Position numbers and translations under genes: made by a program. A DNA stretch of 64,000 nucleotides from Rubrivivax sp. Lineage in GTDB: Bacteria > Pseudomonadota > Gammaproteobacteria > Burkholderiales > Burkholderiaceae_C. Where the stretch lies: NCBI GenBank assembly GCA_016789865.1, contig JAEUPC010000061.1:6604-70603 (forward strand), written 5' to 3'. Under the pieces are notes generated by a model. The model did not search any database and was not told the DNA's origin. It saw only the letters and a program-made list of their open reading frames with translations. Shown in pieces: positions 30,904 through 40,606 of this stretch (its first letter is position 1; each line of letters starts with the position of its first letter).

Positions 30904-32127
30904 TCAGCGCCGGCCCTCGAACAACGAGCGCGCCACGATCTCCTTCATGATCTCGGTGGTGCCGCCGTAGATGCGCTGCACACGCGCATCGACCCAGGCG
31001 CGCGCGATCGGGTATTCGCGCATGTAGCCATAGCCGCCGAACAGTTGCAGGCAGCTGTCGAGCACCTGGAACTGCATCTCGGTGCACCAGTACTTGGCGA
31101 TCGACGCGGTGGCGGTGTCCAGCGTGCCGGCGAGGTGCCGGCGCAGGCACTCGTCGAGAAAGGCGCGCGCCACGCGCGTGTTGGCATGGGCCTCGACGAG
31201 GCGGTGGCGCACCGTCTGCTTGTCGGCCAGCGGCGCACCGAAGGCTTCGCGCTGCATCACCTGCTCGCGCGTCCACGCCACCGCGGCTTCCATCGCGCCC
31301 ACCGCGGTGATGGCCACCAGCAGCCGCTCCTGCGGCAGCTGGCTCATCATGCAGCCGAAGCCGCGGCCCGCCTCACCCAGCAGGTGGTCGCGCGGGATGC
31401 GCAGGTCGGTGAAGAAGAGTTCCGAGGTGTCTTGCGCGTGCATGCCGAGCTTGTCGAGCCGGCGCCCGCGGCTGAAGCCCGCCAGGTGCGTGGGGACCAG
31501 CAGCAAGCTCACGCCGTGCGCGCCACGCGCGGCGTCGGTCTTTGCCGCCAGCAGCAGCAGGTCGCACAGCTGGCCGTTGCTGATGAAGATTTTCTGGCCG
31601 TTGATGCGCCACACCGCCTGCGCGCCCTCGCCCTCGGGCTCGGCGCGCGTGCGCAGCGCCGCAAGGTCGCTGCCGGCGCCCGGCTCGGTCATGCCGATGG
31701 CGGCGATGCATTCGCCGCGGGCCATGCGCGGCAGCCACTGCTGCTTCTGCGCCTCGGTGCCGTAGTGCACGAGGTACGGCGCGACGATGTCCGAGTGCAG
31801 GTAGAACAGCGGCCCGGTGGCGCCGGCGCGCGCCATCTCCTCGGTGACGATGGCGGCGTAGCCGAAGTCGGCGCCGGCGCCGCCGCAGGCCTCGGGCACC
31901 GTCAGGCAAAGCAGGCCCAGTTCACCGGCACGCTGCCACAGCGCTCGCGGCACCTGGCCGTCGCGTTCCCACTGGGCGTGGTGCGGCGTGATCTCCTCGG
32001 CGATGAAGCGGCGCACGGTGGCGCGGAAGGCGGCGTGCTCCTCGGTGGCCAGCGGGGTCGTGGCGGGGTACAGGTCGTCGACGCCTCCGCCTCCGCCCCC
32101 ACCTCCGGTCGACGGCGCGGTGTTCAC
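30904..32127 (-). CDS. Acyl-CoA dehydrogenase (LCAD-like)
   Basis: MTEPGAGSDL, NGQKIFISNG, QLFGGYGYM, RIYGGTTEIMK; GTGA overlap. Confidence 0.93.
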   Translation of the reverse strand: MNTAPSTGGGGGGGGVDDLYPATTPLATEEHAAFRATVRRFIAEEITPHHAQWERDGQVPRALWQRAGELGLLCLTVPEACGGAGADFGYAAIVTEEMARAGATGPLFYLHSDIVAPYLVHYGTEAQKQQWLPRMARGECIAAIGMTEPGAGSDLAALRTRAEPEGEGAQAVWRINGQKIFISNGQLCDLLLLAAKTDAARGAHGVSLLLVPTHLAGFSRGRRLDKLGMHAQDTSELFFTDLRIPRDHLLGEAGRGFGCMMSQLPQERLLVAITAVGAMEAAVAWTREQVMQREAFGAPLADKQTVRHRLVEAHANTRVARAFLDECLRRHLAGTLDTATASIAKYWCTEMQFQVLDSCLQLFGGYGYMREYPIARAWVDARVQRIYGGTTEIMKEIVARSLFEGRR

Positions 32128-33989
32128 GCCGCCTGGCCCACGGGCGCCTGCGCCGCGCCCCCGCCGTACAGCGCCTCGATCGCCACGGCGTACTTCTCGG
32201 CAATGCTCCTGCGCTTGACCTTCATCGTCGCGGTGACCTCGCCGTCGTCGTGGTCGAGTTCCTTGGTCAGCAGGTGGAACCGGCGCACCTGCTGCACCTG
32301 CGGGAAGCGCGCGTTGACGCGGTCGACCTCGGCCTGCACGAGTTCGCGCACGCGCGGGTGCTCGGCGAGGCTGCGGAAATGCGTGTACGCGAGGCTGTGC
32401 TCCTCGGCCCACTTGCCCACGGTGTCGTAGTCGATCTGGATCAGCGCGGCGACGAACGGCCGGCGGTCGGCGACGACGATGGCTTCCTTGACGTAGGCGC
32501 TGAACTTCAGCGCGTTCTCGATTTCGCTGGGCGTGATGTTCTTGCCGCCGGCGGTGATCATGATGTCCTTCTTGCGGTCGACGATGCGGACCTCGTCGCC
32601 ATGCCGCGCGCTTTCTGGGCTCGCCACGCGTTCGGCCACGTCGCCGGTGTGCAAGTAGCCCTCGGCGTCGATGGCCTCGCGCGTGGCCGCTTCGTTGCGG
32701 TAGTAGCCCTTGAACACCGTCGGGCCGCGCACGAGCAACTCGCCGTCGTCGGCGATCTTCAGCTCGACACCCGGGATCGCGCTGCCCACCGTGCCGATGG
32801 GCGACGCGGCGCTGCGCTGCACGGTGGCGACGCCGGCGGTCTCGGTCATGCCGAAGCCCTCGCGGATGGGCACGCCCAGCGCGCGGAAAAAGCGCAGCAT
32901 GTCCGGTGCGATCGGCGCGGCGCCCGACAGCGCCATGCGGCAGCGGGTGAGGCCGATGAAGTTGGTGAGCGCGCGCAGCACGAGCCACCACCACAGCCCG
33001 TGCGTCAGGCGCTGCGCCAGCGTGCGGCGCTCGGGCGGCACGTCGGCAAACGGCAGCGTGGCGGCGAGCGCACGCTCGTAGAGCTTGCGGCGCAGGCCGC
33101 CCGCCTCGCGCACCTTGATCTCGATCGAGGCGTGCAGCTTCTCCCAGATGCGCGGCACGCCGAGGAACAGCGTGGGCGCGATCTCGCGCAAGTCGCCTTG
33201 CACCGTGCGCAGGCTTTCGGCGAAGTTCACCACCGCGCCCGAGCGCAGCGGCAGGTCCACGGTGTAGATCTGCTCGGCCACGTGACAAAGCGGCAGGTAC
33301 GACACGGTGCTGTCGGCGGGTGTGCAGCGGTAGATGGCGTCGGCGCCTCGGGCCATCGCGGCGACGTTGCCGTAGCTCAGCATCGCCGCCTTCGGGCGGC
33401 CGGTGGAGCCGCTGGTGAAGATCATCAGCGCGGTGTCGTCCATGCGCTGGCGTTCGAGGCGCTCGTCGACGATGCGCGGCTTCTCGTGCTCGAACGCCGC
33501 GCCGAGCGCGCTGACCTCCTCGAAGGTCATCAGGTCGGGCACTTCGTAGTGGCGCAGGCCGCGCGGGTCGATGACGACCAGGTGCTTCAGCAGCGGCAGC
33601 CGCTCGCGCACCTCCAGCACCTTGTCGAGCTGCTCCTGGTCTTCGCACACGACGACCACCGCGTCGGAGGCGTGCAGCAGGTACTCCACTTCGGGCGCCG
33701 GTGATGTGGGGTAGACGCCCACCGTCACCGCACCGACCAGCCCGCAGCCCAGCTGCGCGAACACCCACTCCTTGCGGTTCTCGCTGATCACCGCGCAGTG
33801 GCCGCCTTCGGGCAGGCCGAGCTTCACGAGGCCGAGGCCGAAGTGGCGCGCCGCCTGCTCGTACTGCGCCCAGGTCACCGGTTCCCAGATGCCGAAGTCC
33901 TTCTGCCGCAGCGCCACCGCTTCGGGCCGCACCTGTGCCCAGTGGCGCAGCTGCAGCGGCAGCGTGAGGGTGTCGATGGGGGAACTCAT
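32124..33989 (-). CDS. Long-chain acyl-CoA synthetase
   Basis: FTSGSTGRPK, EGFGMTE, TGD, DRKKDIMITAGGKNI. Confidence 0.93.
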   Translation of the reverse strand: MSSPIDTLTLPLQLRHWAQVRPEAVALRQKDFGIWEPVTWAQYEQAARHFGLGLVKLGLPEGGHCAVISENRKEWVFAQLGCGLVGAVTVGVYPTSPAPEVEYLLHASDAVVVVCEDQEQLDKVLEVRERLPLLKHLVVIDPRGLRHYEVPDLMTFEEVSALGAAFEHEKPRIVDERLERQRMDDTALMIFTSGSTGRPKAAMLSYGNVAAMARGADAIYRCTPADSTVSYLPLCHVAEQIYTVDLPLRSGAVVNFAESLRTVQGDLREIAPTLFLGVPRIWEKLHASIEIKVREAGGLRRKLYERALAATLPFADVPPERRTLAQRLTHGLWWWLVLRALTNFIGLTRCRMALSGAAPIAPDMLRFFRALGVPIREGFGMTETAGVATVQRSAASPIGTVGSAIPGVELKIADDGELLVRGPTVFKGYYRNEAATREAIDAEGYLHTGDVAERVASPESARHGDEVRIVDRKKDIMITAGGKNITPSEIENALKFSAYVKEAIVVADRRPFVAALIQIDYDTVGKWAEEHSLAYTHFRSLAEHPRVRELVQAEVDRVNARFPQVQQVRRFHLLTKELDHDDGEVTATMKVKRRSIAEKYAVAIEALYGGGAAQAPVGQAA

Positions 33990-34023
33990 GATTGCGGGGC
34001 AGTGTGCTGCCAGCCAAGCGAAC

Positions 34024-34098
34024 GCCGCGGAACCGGCTTTGCCGGGCCGCTGGCGTTGCCCCCTGGGGGGAGGCGGCCGAAGGCCGCTACGGGGGGGG
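34024..34098. repeat. REP-like palindromic element
   Basis: gccgcggaaccggctttgccgggccgctggc..ccccctggggg..gcggccgaaggccgc stems. Confidence 0.75.
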
Positions 34099-34911
34099 TC
34101 ATGACAACCAGCGCTTGCGGCGCTTGTAGTGCTTCACGTGGCGGAAGCTCGCCAGCTCCGCGCTGCCGTCGCCGTAGCCGAGATAGAAGCGCTGCACGTC
34201 GGGGTCGCGCACGAGCTTGTCGGTGGGGCCGTCGATAACGACCTTGCCGCTTTCCATGATGTAGCCGTACTGCGCGATCTCGAACGCGGCCATCGCGTTC
34301 TGCTCCACCAGCAGCATCGCCACGCCCTGCTCGCGGTTGATGCGGGCGATGATCTCGAAGATGCCCTGCACCACCAGCGGCGCCAGGCCCAGCGAGGGTT
34401 CGTCCAGCAGCATCAGCGCGGGCTTGCCGAGCAGCGCGCGGCCGATGGCCAGCATCTGCTGCTCGCCACCCGAGAGGTAGCCGGCGCGCTGCGCGCGGCG
34501 CTCGGCCAGGCGCGGAAAGTAGTCGTAGATGAGCGCGGTGTCGGCGGCTTTCGGTCCGCCGCGCCCTGTCAATGCATTGGACGCGGCGACGAGGTTCTCG
34601 TCGACGGTGAGGTCTTCGAACACGTGCCGCCCCTCGCGCACGTGGCCGATGCCGCGCCGCGCCAGCAGGTGCGGCGGCACGGCATCGATGCGCTCGCCCT
34701 GGAAGCGGATGGCGCCGCTCTTGATCTCACCCACCTCCAGCGGCAGCAGGCCCGAGATGGCCTTCAGCGTGGTCGTCTTGCCGGCGCCATTGCTGCCCAG
34801 GAGCGCCACGATCTGCCCGGCCGGCACCGCCAGCGACAGCCCGCGCAGCACCTGCACCGAGTGGCCGTAGACCACCTCGATGTTCTCGATGCCGAGCGCG
34901 GGCGGTGTCAT
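34099..34911 (-). CDS. LIV-type ABC ATP-binding protein (LivF-like)
   Basis: GSNGAGKTT, LSGGEQQMLAIGRAL, DEPSLGLAP. Confidence 0.92.
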   Translation of the reverse strand: MTPPALGIENIEVVYGHSVQVLRGLSLAVPAGQIVALLGSNGAGKTTTLKAISGLLPLEVGEIKSGAIRFQGERIDAVPPHLLARRGIGHVREGRHVFEDLTVDENLVAASNALTGRGGPKAADTALIYDYFPRLAERRAQRAGYLSGGEQQMLAIGRALLGKPALMLLDEPSLGLAPLVVQGIFEIIARINREQGVAMLLVEQNAMAAFEIAQYGYIMESGKVVIDGPTDKLVRDPDVQRFYLGYGDGSAELASFRHVKHYKRRKRWLS

Positions 34912-34971
34912 CAGCGTGCTCGTTCCCGGTGAAGCGCACGCGGGTGAGGTGCTTGACATGGCCAGGCGGCC

Positions 34972-35044
34972 GCCGGGGACGCGGCTTTGCCGGTGCGCTG
35001 GCAGCGCCATCTCGAGGGGGAGGCGGCCGCCAGGCCGCTTCGGG
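34972..35044. repeat. REP-like element, degenerate copy
   Basis: ggctttgccgg..gctggc..ggggaggcggccgccaggccgcttcggg, similar to the 34024 copy. Confidence 0.7.
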
Positions 35045-35053
35045 AGTGGGCCA

Positions 35054-36295
35054 TTACGCCGTCTTGATCCAGCCGCTGGCGGGCTGCAGCAGCTTCGACG
35101 TGGCGTCGTAGGTGTAGATGCGGCCGCTCGGAATCTGGTGGCCCTTGAGTGACACCAGCAACCCCGTCACGCCGCCGGTGTCCCAGTGGTCGATGCTTTC
35201 CAGCGCCGCCTTCATGTTCGCTCCGGTCAGCGGCTTGCCGGCCTTCAGCGTGCGTTCGATCACTTCGCTGAAGATCATGCCCACCAGCCAGCCGTGCGTG
35301 TAGAACAGCGGCACGTAGGGCATGTTCGGCCGCGCCTTGGCGGTGAACTCCTTGATCGCCTGCATCGTCGGCGCGCCCTCGGTGTCGTAGCTGTAGCGGT
35401 AGGGCATCACGCCCATCCAGCCCTGGCCGGCGGCGCCCATCGCGTCGACGGTGGTCTTGTCCATGCTCCAGATCGTGCCCATCGGCACCGTGCTCATGCC
35501 GGCCTCGCGCATCTGCTTGATGAACTCGGGGATCGGTGCCAGCACATAACCGTGGAAGATCACGTAGTCCGGCTTGGCGCGGCGCAGCTTGGCCACCTCG
35601 CTGCTCACGTCCACCGCGCCCGGCTTGGTGACGATCTCCTGCACGATCGGGATCTGCAGCGCCTGCGCCTTGGCCTTGATGCCGGGGATGGGGTCGCGGC
35701 CGAACTCGGTGTCGCTGTACACGATGGCGACCGCGGGCTTGCTGGCGCCGCGCGAGGTGCGGTTGATGTACTCGAGCAGGATCTCGCCCATCGCCGTGTA
35801 GGTGGGCCCGGCCATGAAGTAGTAGGGCGCGTTCTTCGGGTCGGCGAGGTCGGAGCTGAAGCTCGGGCTCGAGGTGAGCGTGGTGCCGAGTTGGCTGACT
35901 TCGGCCGCGGCGGCCTTGGCCCAGGCCGTGCTGTCGCCGTAGAACACCGGCGGCTTGTGCGCGCCCATCAGCTTCTTGAAGACGGCCATCGCCTGGTCCA
36001 TCTTGTAGCCACTGTCTTCGCCGATGTAGCGCAGCGTGCGGCCGGCGACGCCCCTCCTGGTTTCGTTGCGCCACTGGCAGTAGTCGCCCAGGCCCTGGTG
36101 CAAGCCCACGCCGGCGAACGCGAACACGCCGGTGATCGGCGGTGCGGCGGCGACGACGATCTCGCCGCTCTGGGCGATGGCCGCGCCCAGCGGCAGCGAA
36201 GACAGCGCGGCGGCGCCGGCCGCGCCGAGGCCGGCACCGACGATGCGGCGGCGAACAGGGTCGCGCAGCGGGTTGCTCAGGTCATCGTGGCTCAT
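35054..36295 (-). CDS. LIV-type ABC substrate-binding protein with Tat signal
   Basis: VRRRIVGAG signal; EDSGYK, DTEFGRDP; AAGGAG RBS. Confidence 0.9.
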   Translation of the reverse strand: MSHDDLSNPLRDPVRRRIVGAGLGAAGAAALSSLPLGAAIAQSGEIVVAAAPPITGVFAFAGVGLHQGLGDYCQWRNETRRGVAGRTLRYIGEDSGYKMDQAMAVFKKLMGAHKPPVFYGDSTAWAKAAAAEVSQLGTTLTSSPSFSSDLADPKNAPYYFMAGPTYTAMGEILLEYINRTSRGASKPAVAIVYSDTEFGRDPIPGIKAKAQALQIPIVQEIVTKPGAVDVSSEVAKLRRAKPDYVIFHGYVLAPIPEFIKQMREAGMSTVPMGTIWSMDKTTVDAMGAAGQGWMGVMPYRYSYDTEGAPTMQAIKEFTAKARPNMPYVPLFYTHGWLVGMIFSEVIERTLKAGKPLTGANMKAALESIDHWDTGGVTGLLVSLKGHQIPSGRIYTYDATSKLLQPASGWIKTA

Positions 36296-36324
36296 CGTCA
36301 GCTCCTTGCGTTGGACGGGAAGGG

Positions 36325-37365
36325 TCAGGCCCGGAAGGGCCACAGGTGGAAGCTCCTGCGCACGCGCCGCCAGATTTCCAGCAGGCCGTGCGGCTCGAAG
36401 ACGAGAAAGCCCATGATCAGGAGGCCGAACACCACCTGCTGCGCGGGGCTGAGCACCTCGGTGGCGCGCGGCGCCCATTGCGAGATGGTGGCCACGCCGC
36501 CGCGCAGCAGCTCGGGCATCAGCGTCATGAACACCGCGCCGAAGATCGTGCCCAGCATGCTGCCCAGACCGCCGACGATGATCGCGGCGAGGTAGAAGAT
36601 GGAAAGCTGCAGCGTGAAGTACTCGGGCGTCATCGCGCGGTAGAAGTAGCCCAGCAGCGCGCCGGCCACGCCGGCGTAGAACGAGCCGATCGCGAACGCG
36701 GCGAGTTTGTAGCGCAGCAGGTCGATGCCCAGCACCTCGGCCGAGATGTCCTTGTCGCGGATGGCGATGAAGGCGCGCCCGACGCGCGTGCGGAAGAGGT
36801 TGCGCCCGCCGATGAGCAGCGCCGCGGCCACCGGCACGATGAGGAAGTACATGCGCGCGTCGTTCTTCAGCTCGAAGCCGAAGACGCTGGCATTGGGCAC
36901 GTTGACTCCGCGCACGCCGCCGGTGACGCTTTCCCACTCGCGGAACACGTAGACCAGCAGGAACTGCGTGGCCAGCGTCGCCACCGCGAGGTACAGGCCC
37001 TTGATGCGCAGGCTGGGCAGCCCGACCACGAGGCCCAGCGCCGCGGCCATCAAGCCCGCCGCCGGCAACGTGACGAAGAACGGCATGCCCTGCCTGGCCA
37101 GCCACGCCGCGGTGTAGCAGCCCACGCCCATGAACGCCGCGTGGCCCAGCGAGATGAGCCCGGTGTAGCCGGTCATGATGTTCAGCCCCGCCGCGGCGAT
37201 GCAGTGGATGCCGACGATGCACGCCAGGCTGACCAGGTAGCCGTTGGCGGTGAACGGAAACACCAGCAGCGCGACCACCAGCCCGACGAGCCACGTCTGC
37301 TGCACGCGCGTGGGCCAGATCGCCTCGTCGTGCGCGTAGCTCTCGCGGTAGTCGCCGATGCGCAT
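36325..37365 (-). CDS. LIV-type ABC permease (LivM-like)
   Basis: GYTGLISLGHAAF, LRIKGLYLAVATL, IIVGGLGS. Confidence 0.92.
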   Translation of the reverse strand: MRIGDYRESYAHDEAIWPTRVQQTWLVGLVVALLVFPFTANGYLVSLACIVGIHCIAAAGLNIMTGYTGLISLGHAAFMGVGCYTAAWLARQGMPFFVTLPAAGLMAAALGLVVGLPSLRIKGLYLAVATLATQFLLVYVFREWESVTGGVRGVNVPNASVFGFELKNDARMYFLIVPVAAALLIGGRNLFRTRVGRAFIAIRDKDISAEVLGIDLLRYKLAAFAIGSFYAGVAGALLGYFYRAMTPEYFTLQLSIFYLAAIIVGGLGSMLGTIFGAVFMTLMPELLRGGVATISQWAPRATEVLSPAQQVVFGLLIMGFLVFEPHGLLEIWRRVRRSFHLWPFRA

Positions 37366-37394
37366 GTGTCGGTGTTCCTGCTTCGGGCCGGTGC

Positions 37395-38291
37395 TCAGAG
37401 CCGCTCGATCTGCCGCGTGCCGAACAGGCCGTAGGGCCGGATCAGCAGGATCACGAGCACGGTGGCGTAGGGCACGATGTCGCGCACCTTGCCGCCCAGG
37501 TACGCGGCGGTGAGGCTTTCGAGCAGCCCGACGATGAGCCCGGCGACGATGGCGCCGGCGATGCTGTCGAGCCCGCCGAGGATGATGACCGCCAGCACCC
37601 CGAGCGCCGCGCTGCCCAGCGCCGGCGACAGGCTCGTCATCGATGCCACCACGATGCCGGCCATGGCGCCGACGACGCCGGCGAACATCCAGGTCAGCGC
37701 CTGCGTGCGCCGCACGTCGATGCCCATCACGTAGGCGGTAATGGGGTCGCTGGCCGCGGCGCGCATGGCGATGCCGGTGCGCGAGTAGCGGAAGTACAGC
37801 GTGAAGGCGGTGATGACCGCGGCCGCGAGCACGAAGCTCCACACCACCTGCCCGGGAATGAGGATGTCGCCGGGCGTGAACGGCTTGCGCGGCAGCACCT
37901 GCGGCATCTCGAGGTTCTGACCGCCCCACGTGCCTTCGACCAGGCCATGCAGCGCGCTGGCCAGGCCGATGGTGGCCATCAGCACCGAGATCACCGGCTG
38001 GCCCGAAAGCGGCCTGAGCAGCGTGCGTTCGATCAACGCCGCCACCGCGGCCACGGCCGCCAGCGTGAGCGCCAGCGCCACGCCCATCGGCAGCTTCCAC
38101 ATCACGTCGGCGGTGTAGAAGAAGTAGGCGCCCAGCATCATGAACTCGCCCATCGCGAAGTTGATGACGCCCGTGCCCTTGTAGATAAGCACGAAGCCCA
38201 GCGCGATGAGCGCCAGCAGCCCGCCCGAGAGCAGGCCGATGGCCGAGTATTCGGCCAGCGCGACCCAGTCGAAGCCGGCGGCGCTGTTCAT
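37395..38291 (-). CDS. LIV-type ABC permease (LivH-like)
   Basis: ALGFVLIYKGTGVINFAMGE, ILGGLDS, LIRPYGLFG. Confidence 0.92.
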   Translation of the reverse strand: MNSAAGFDWVALAEYSAIGLLSGGLLALIALGFVLIYKGTGVINFAMGEFMMLGAYFFYTADVMWKLPMGVALALTLAAVAAVAALIERTLLRPLSGQPVISVLMATIGLASALHGLVEGTWGGQNLEMPQVLPRKPFTPGDILIPGQVVWSFVLAAAVITAFTLYFRYSRTGIAMRAAASDPITAYVMGIDVRRTQALTWMFAGVVGAMAGIVVASMTSLSPALGSAALGVLAVIILGGLDSIAGAIVAGLIVGLLESLTAAYLGGKVRDIVPYATVLVILLIRPYGLFGTRQIERL

Positions 38292-39103
38292 GCTTGCGCC
38301 ACCTGCCGCGCCGCGGCCTGCTCGCCGAGGTAGGCGCGCACGACCTCGGGGTTGTGCCGCACGTCGGCCGGCGTGCCCTCGCCGATGACTTCGCCGAAGT
38401 TGAGCACCACCACGTGGTTGGCGATGTCCATCACCAGGCCCATGTCGTGCTCGATCAGCAGCACCGTGATGCCGCGCTCCTCCTGGATGTCGAGGATGAA
38501 ACGCGCCATGTCCTCGGTTTCTTCGCGGTTCATGCCGGCCACGGGCTCGTCGAGCATCAGCACCTTGGGCCGCATGGCCAGCGCGCGCGCGAGCTCGACG
38601 CGCTTTTGCAGCCCGTAGGGCAGCGCCGCCACCGGCTGGTGGCGCACATGGTCGATCTCGAGGAAGTCGACCACCTCGCGCTCGATCTCGCGGCGCAGCG
38701 CCATCTCTTCGCGCTGCGCGGGGCCGAGGTACCACCAGGCCGTCAGCGGGTTGGCGGCCAGGCGGCTGTGGCCGCCGAGCTTGATGTTGTCCAGCACGCT
38801 CATGCCGCGAAACAGCGCCACGTTCTGGAACGTGCGCGCCAGGCCCATCGCCGCGCGGCGGGCCGGGCCGATGCGCGTGATGTCGCGCCCCTCGAAGACG
38901 ATGCGCCCCTGCTGCGGGCGGTAGAAGCCCGAGACGGTGTTGAACAGGCTCGTCTTGCCCGCGCCATTGGGGCCGATGATCGCGGTGATCTCGCCCGCGC
39001 GCGCACAAAGAGACACGCCGGCCAGCGCCTTGATGCCGCCGAAGCCGAGGTGCACGCCGTCGGCCTGCAGCAGCGGCGCGGAGGAGGTCGGCGATGCGGT
39101 CAT
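38288..39103 (-). CDS. LIV-type ABC ATP-binding protein (LivG-like)
   Basis: GPNGAGKT, RTFQN, LPYGLQKRVELARAL, IEHDMGLV. Confidence 0.92.
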   Translation of the reverse strand: MTASPTSSAPLLQADGVHLGFGGIKALAGVSLCARAGEITAIIGPNGAGKTSLFNTVSGFYRPQQGRIVFEGRDITRIGPARRAAMGLARTFQNVALFRGMSVLDNIKLGGHSRLAANPLTAWWYLGPAQREEMALRREIEREVVDFLEIDHVRHQPVAALPYGLQKRVELARALAMRPKVLMLDEPVAGMNREETEDMARFILDIQEERGITVLLIEHDMGLVMDIANHVVVLNFGEVIGEGTPADVRHNPEVVRAYLGEQAAARQVAQA

Positions 39104-39247
39104 CGGGGCTCGGCGGGTCGGGGCAGCCGACGAAAGAGCAGCCGGCGGTGCAAGTGCTGCGGGCATTGTTCGGAGGGTGCCGTGCGCCGGCCATCATCGT
39201 TAGCCCTAGCGGCGCCTGCCGGGTGCTGGCGTCGACGCCGGGCGCAC

Positions 39248-39302
39248 GCCGCGAGCCTGCCACGAGCCCGCCACGAGCCTGCCACTGGCCCGTCACGAGC
39301 CC
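39248..39302. repeat. 11-bp tandem repeat (GCCACGAGCCY x5)
   Basis: gccgcgagcct-gccacgagccc-gccacgagcct-gccactggccc-gtcacgagccc. Confidence 0.8.
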
Positions 39303-39340
39303 GCCGCGCGTTGCCCTCGGGCGCGAGCCTCATCGTGCCT

Positions 39341-40606
39341 TCATGCGTGATGCTGCCCCGTGAGATAGACCGTGCCGGTGAAGCTGGAGACCGGCCGCCC
39401 GTCGCTGCGCGAGACGTCGACGCGGTAGACGGCGAGCTTGCGGCCGCGCGAGACCTCGTGCGCGCGGGCCGACAGCGTCTCGCCGACGGCGGCCGCCTGC
39501 TGGTACGTGATGTGCGCGTCGATGCCGGCGGCCACGGTGCCGCGCGAATTGGCGGCCAGCCCGAACGCGGTGTCGGCCAGCGCGAAGATGACTCCGCCGT
39601 GGCAGGTGCCGTTGAAGTTGATGTGCTCGGGGCGCAGCGTGACAGCAACTTCCGCCTCGCCCGGGCCGCCGCGCACGCAGAGGATGCCGGTGGCGCGGGC
39701 GAAAGGGTCGCTGGCGGCGAGGTGGAACACGCGGGCCGCCGCCGCCGCTGACTTCGCGTCGGCGTGCAGCCGCCGCCCGTGGCCGGCGTGGCTGGCGTGT
39801 TCGAGCGTGCGCTCGACCAGGGCTGCGACCCCGTCGCCCGCGGTCGCCTGCACGCGCAGCACCGGCACCTTCCAGGCCGCAGCGGCCGGCGGGTGGCGCA
39901 ACTGCAGCATCTCGCGCAGGTCGCGCTCGGTGGGCTCGGCGCCGGGCAGGTCGGCTTTGCTCACCACCAGCAGGTCGGCGATCTCCAGCAGCCCGGCCTT
40001 GCTGGCCTGCACCGCGTCGCCCAGGCCCGGCGGGCAGACGACGACGCGCGTGTCGGCCACGCTCATGATCTCCACTTCGGACTGGCCGGCGCCCACCGTC
40101 TCGACGATCACGGTGTCGAAGCCCGCGGCATCGAGCACGTCGACGATGGCGCGCGTGGTCGGTGACAGGCCGCCGAGGTGCCCGCGCGAGGCGACGGAGC
40201 GGATGAACACATCGGCATGTGCGCCGTGTTCGCCCATGCGCACGCGGTCGCCGAGCACGGCGCCGGCGCTGAGCGGGCTCGAAGGATCGACCGCCACCAC
40301 GCCGACCCGGCGCCCGCGCGCGAGCAGCTCGCCCAGCAGCGAATGCACCAGCGTCGACTTGCCGGCGCCCGGCGCGCCGGTGATGCCGATGACGTGGGCG
40401 CGCCCGAGGTGCGGGGCCAGCGCGGCGCCGAGCGCGGCGGCGTCGGCCGCACCTTGTTCGATGTGGCTGATGGCGCGCGCCACCGCGCGGCGGTCGCCGC
40501 GCAGCACGCCGCGATGCAGGCCGGCCACGCCGGGGGGCGGCGACACGGGCGCCAGGGCCGCATCAGCGGCCGGATGCGCTGCGTGGCGCGTGGCGGCGCT
40601 GCTCAC
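39341..40606 (-). CDS. meaB: MeaB/ArgK mutase GTPase chaperone fused to a PaaI/PaaD-like hotdog thioesterase
   Basis: [32 protein letters not shown], then [24 protein letters not shown] in the same frame. Confidence 0.88.
   Translation of the reverse strand: MSSAATRHAAHPAADAALAPVSPPPGVAGLHRGVLRGDRRAVARAISHIEQGAADAAALGAALAPHLGRAHVIGITGAPGAGKSTLVHSLLGELLARGRRVGVVAVDPSSPLSAGAVLGDRVRMGEHGAHADVFIRSVASRGHLGGLSPTTRAIVDVLDAAGFDTVIVETVGAGQSEVEIMSVADTRVVVCPPGLGDAVQASKAGLLEIADLLVVSKADLPGAEPTERDLREMLQLRHPPAAAAWKVPVLRVQATAGDGVAALVERTLEHASHAGHGRRLHADAKSAAAAARVFHLAASDPFARATGILCVRGGPGEAEVAVTLRPEHINFNGTCHGGVIFALADTAFGLAANSRGTVAAGIDAHITYQQAAAVGETLSARAHEVSRGRKLAVYRVDVSRSDGRPVSSFTGTVYLTGQHHA

Noticed and set aside
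30904-34017. Apparent 1037-aa fusion ORF (likewise 14785-17748, 39341-42664, 35054-37294, 26165-29014, 21522-24017)
   Set aside because: The upstream parts are off-frame read-through of the neighbouring gene; true starts lie at stop/start overlaps or RBS sites
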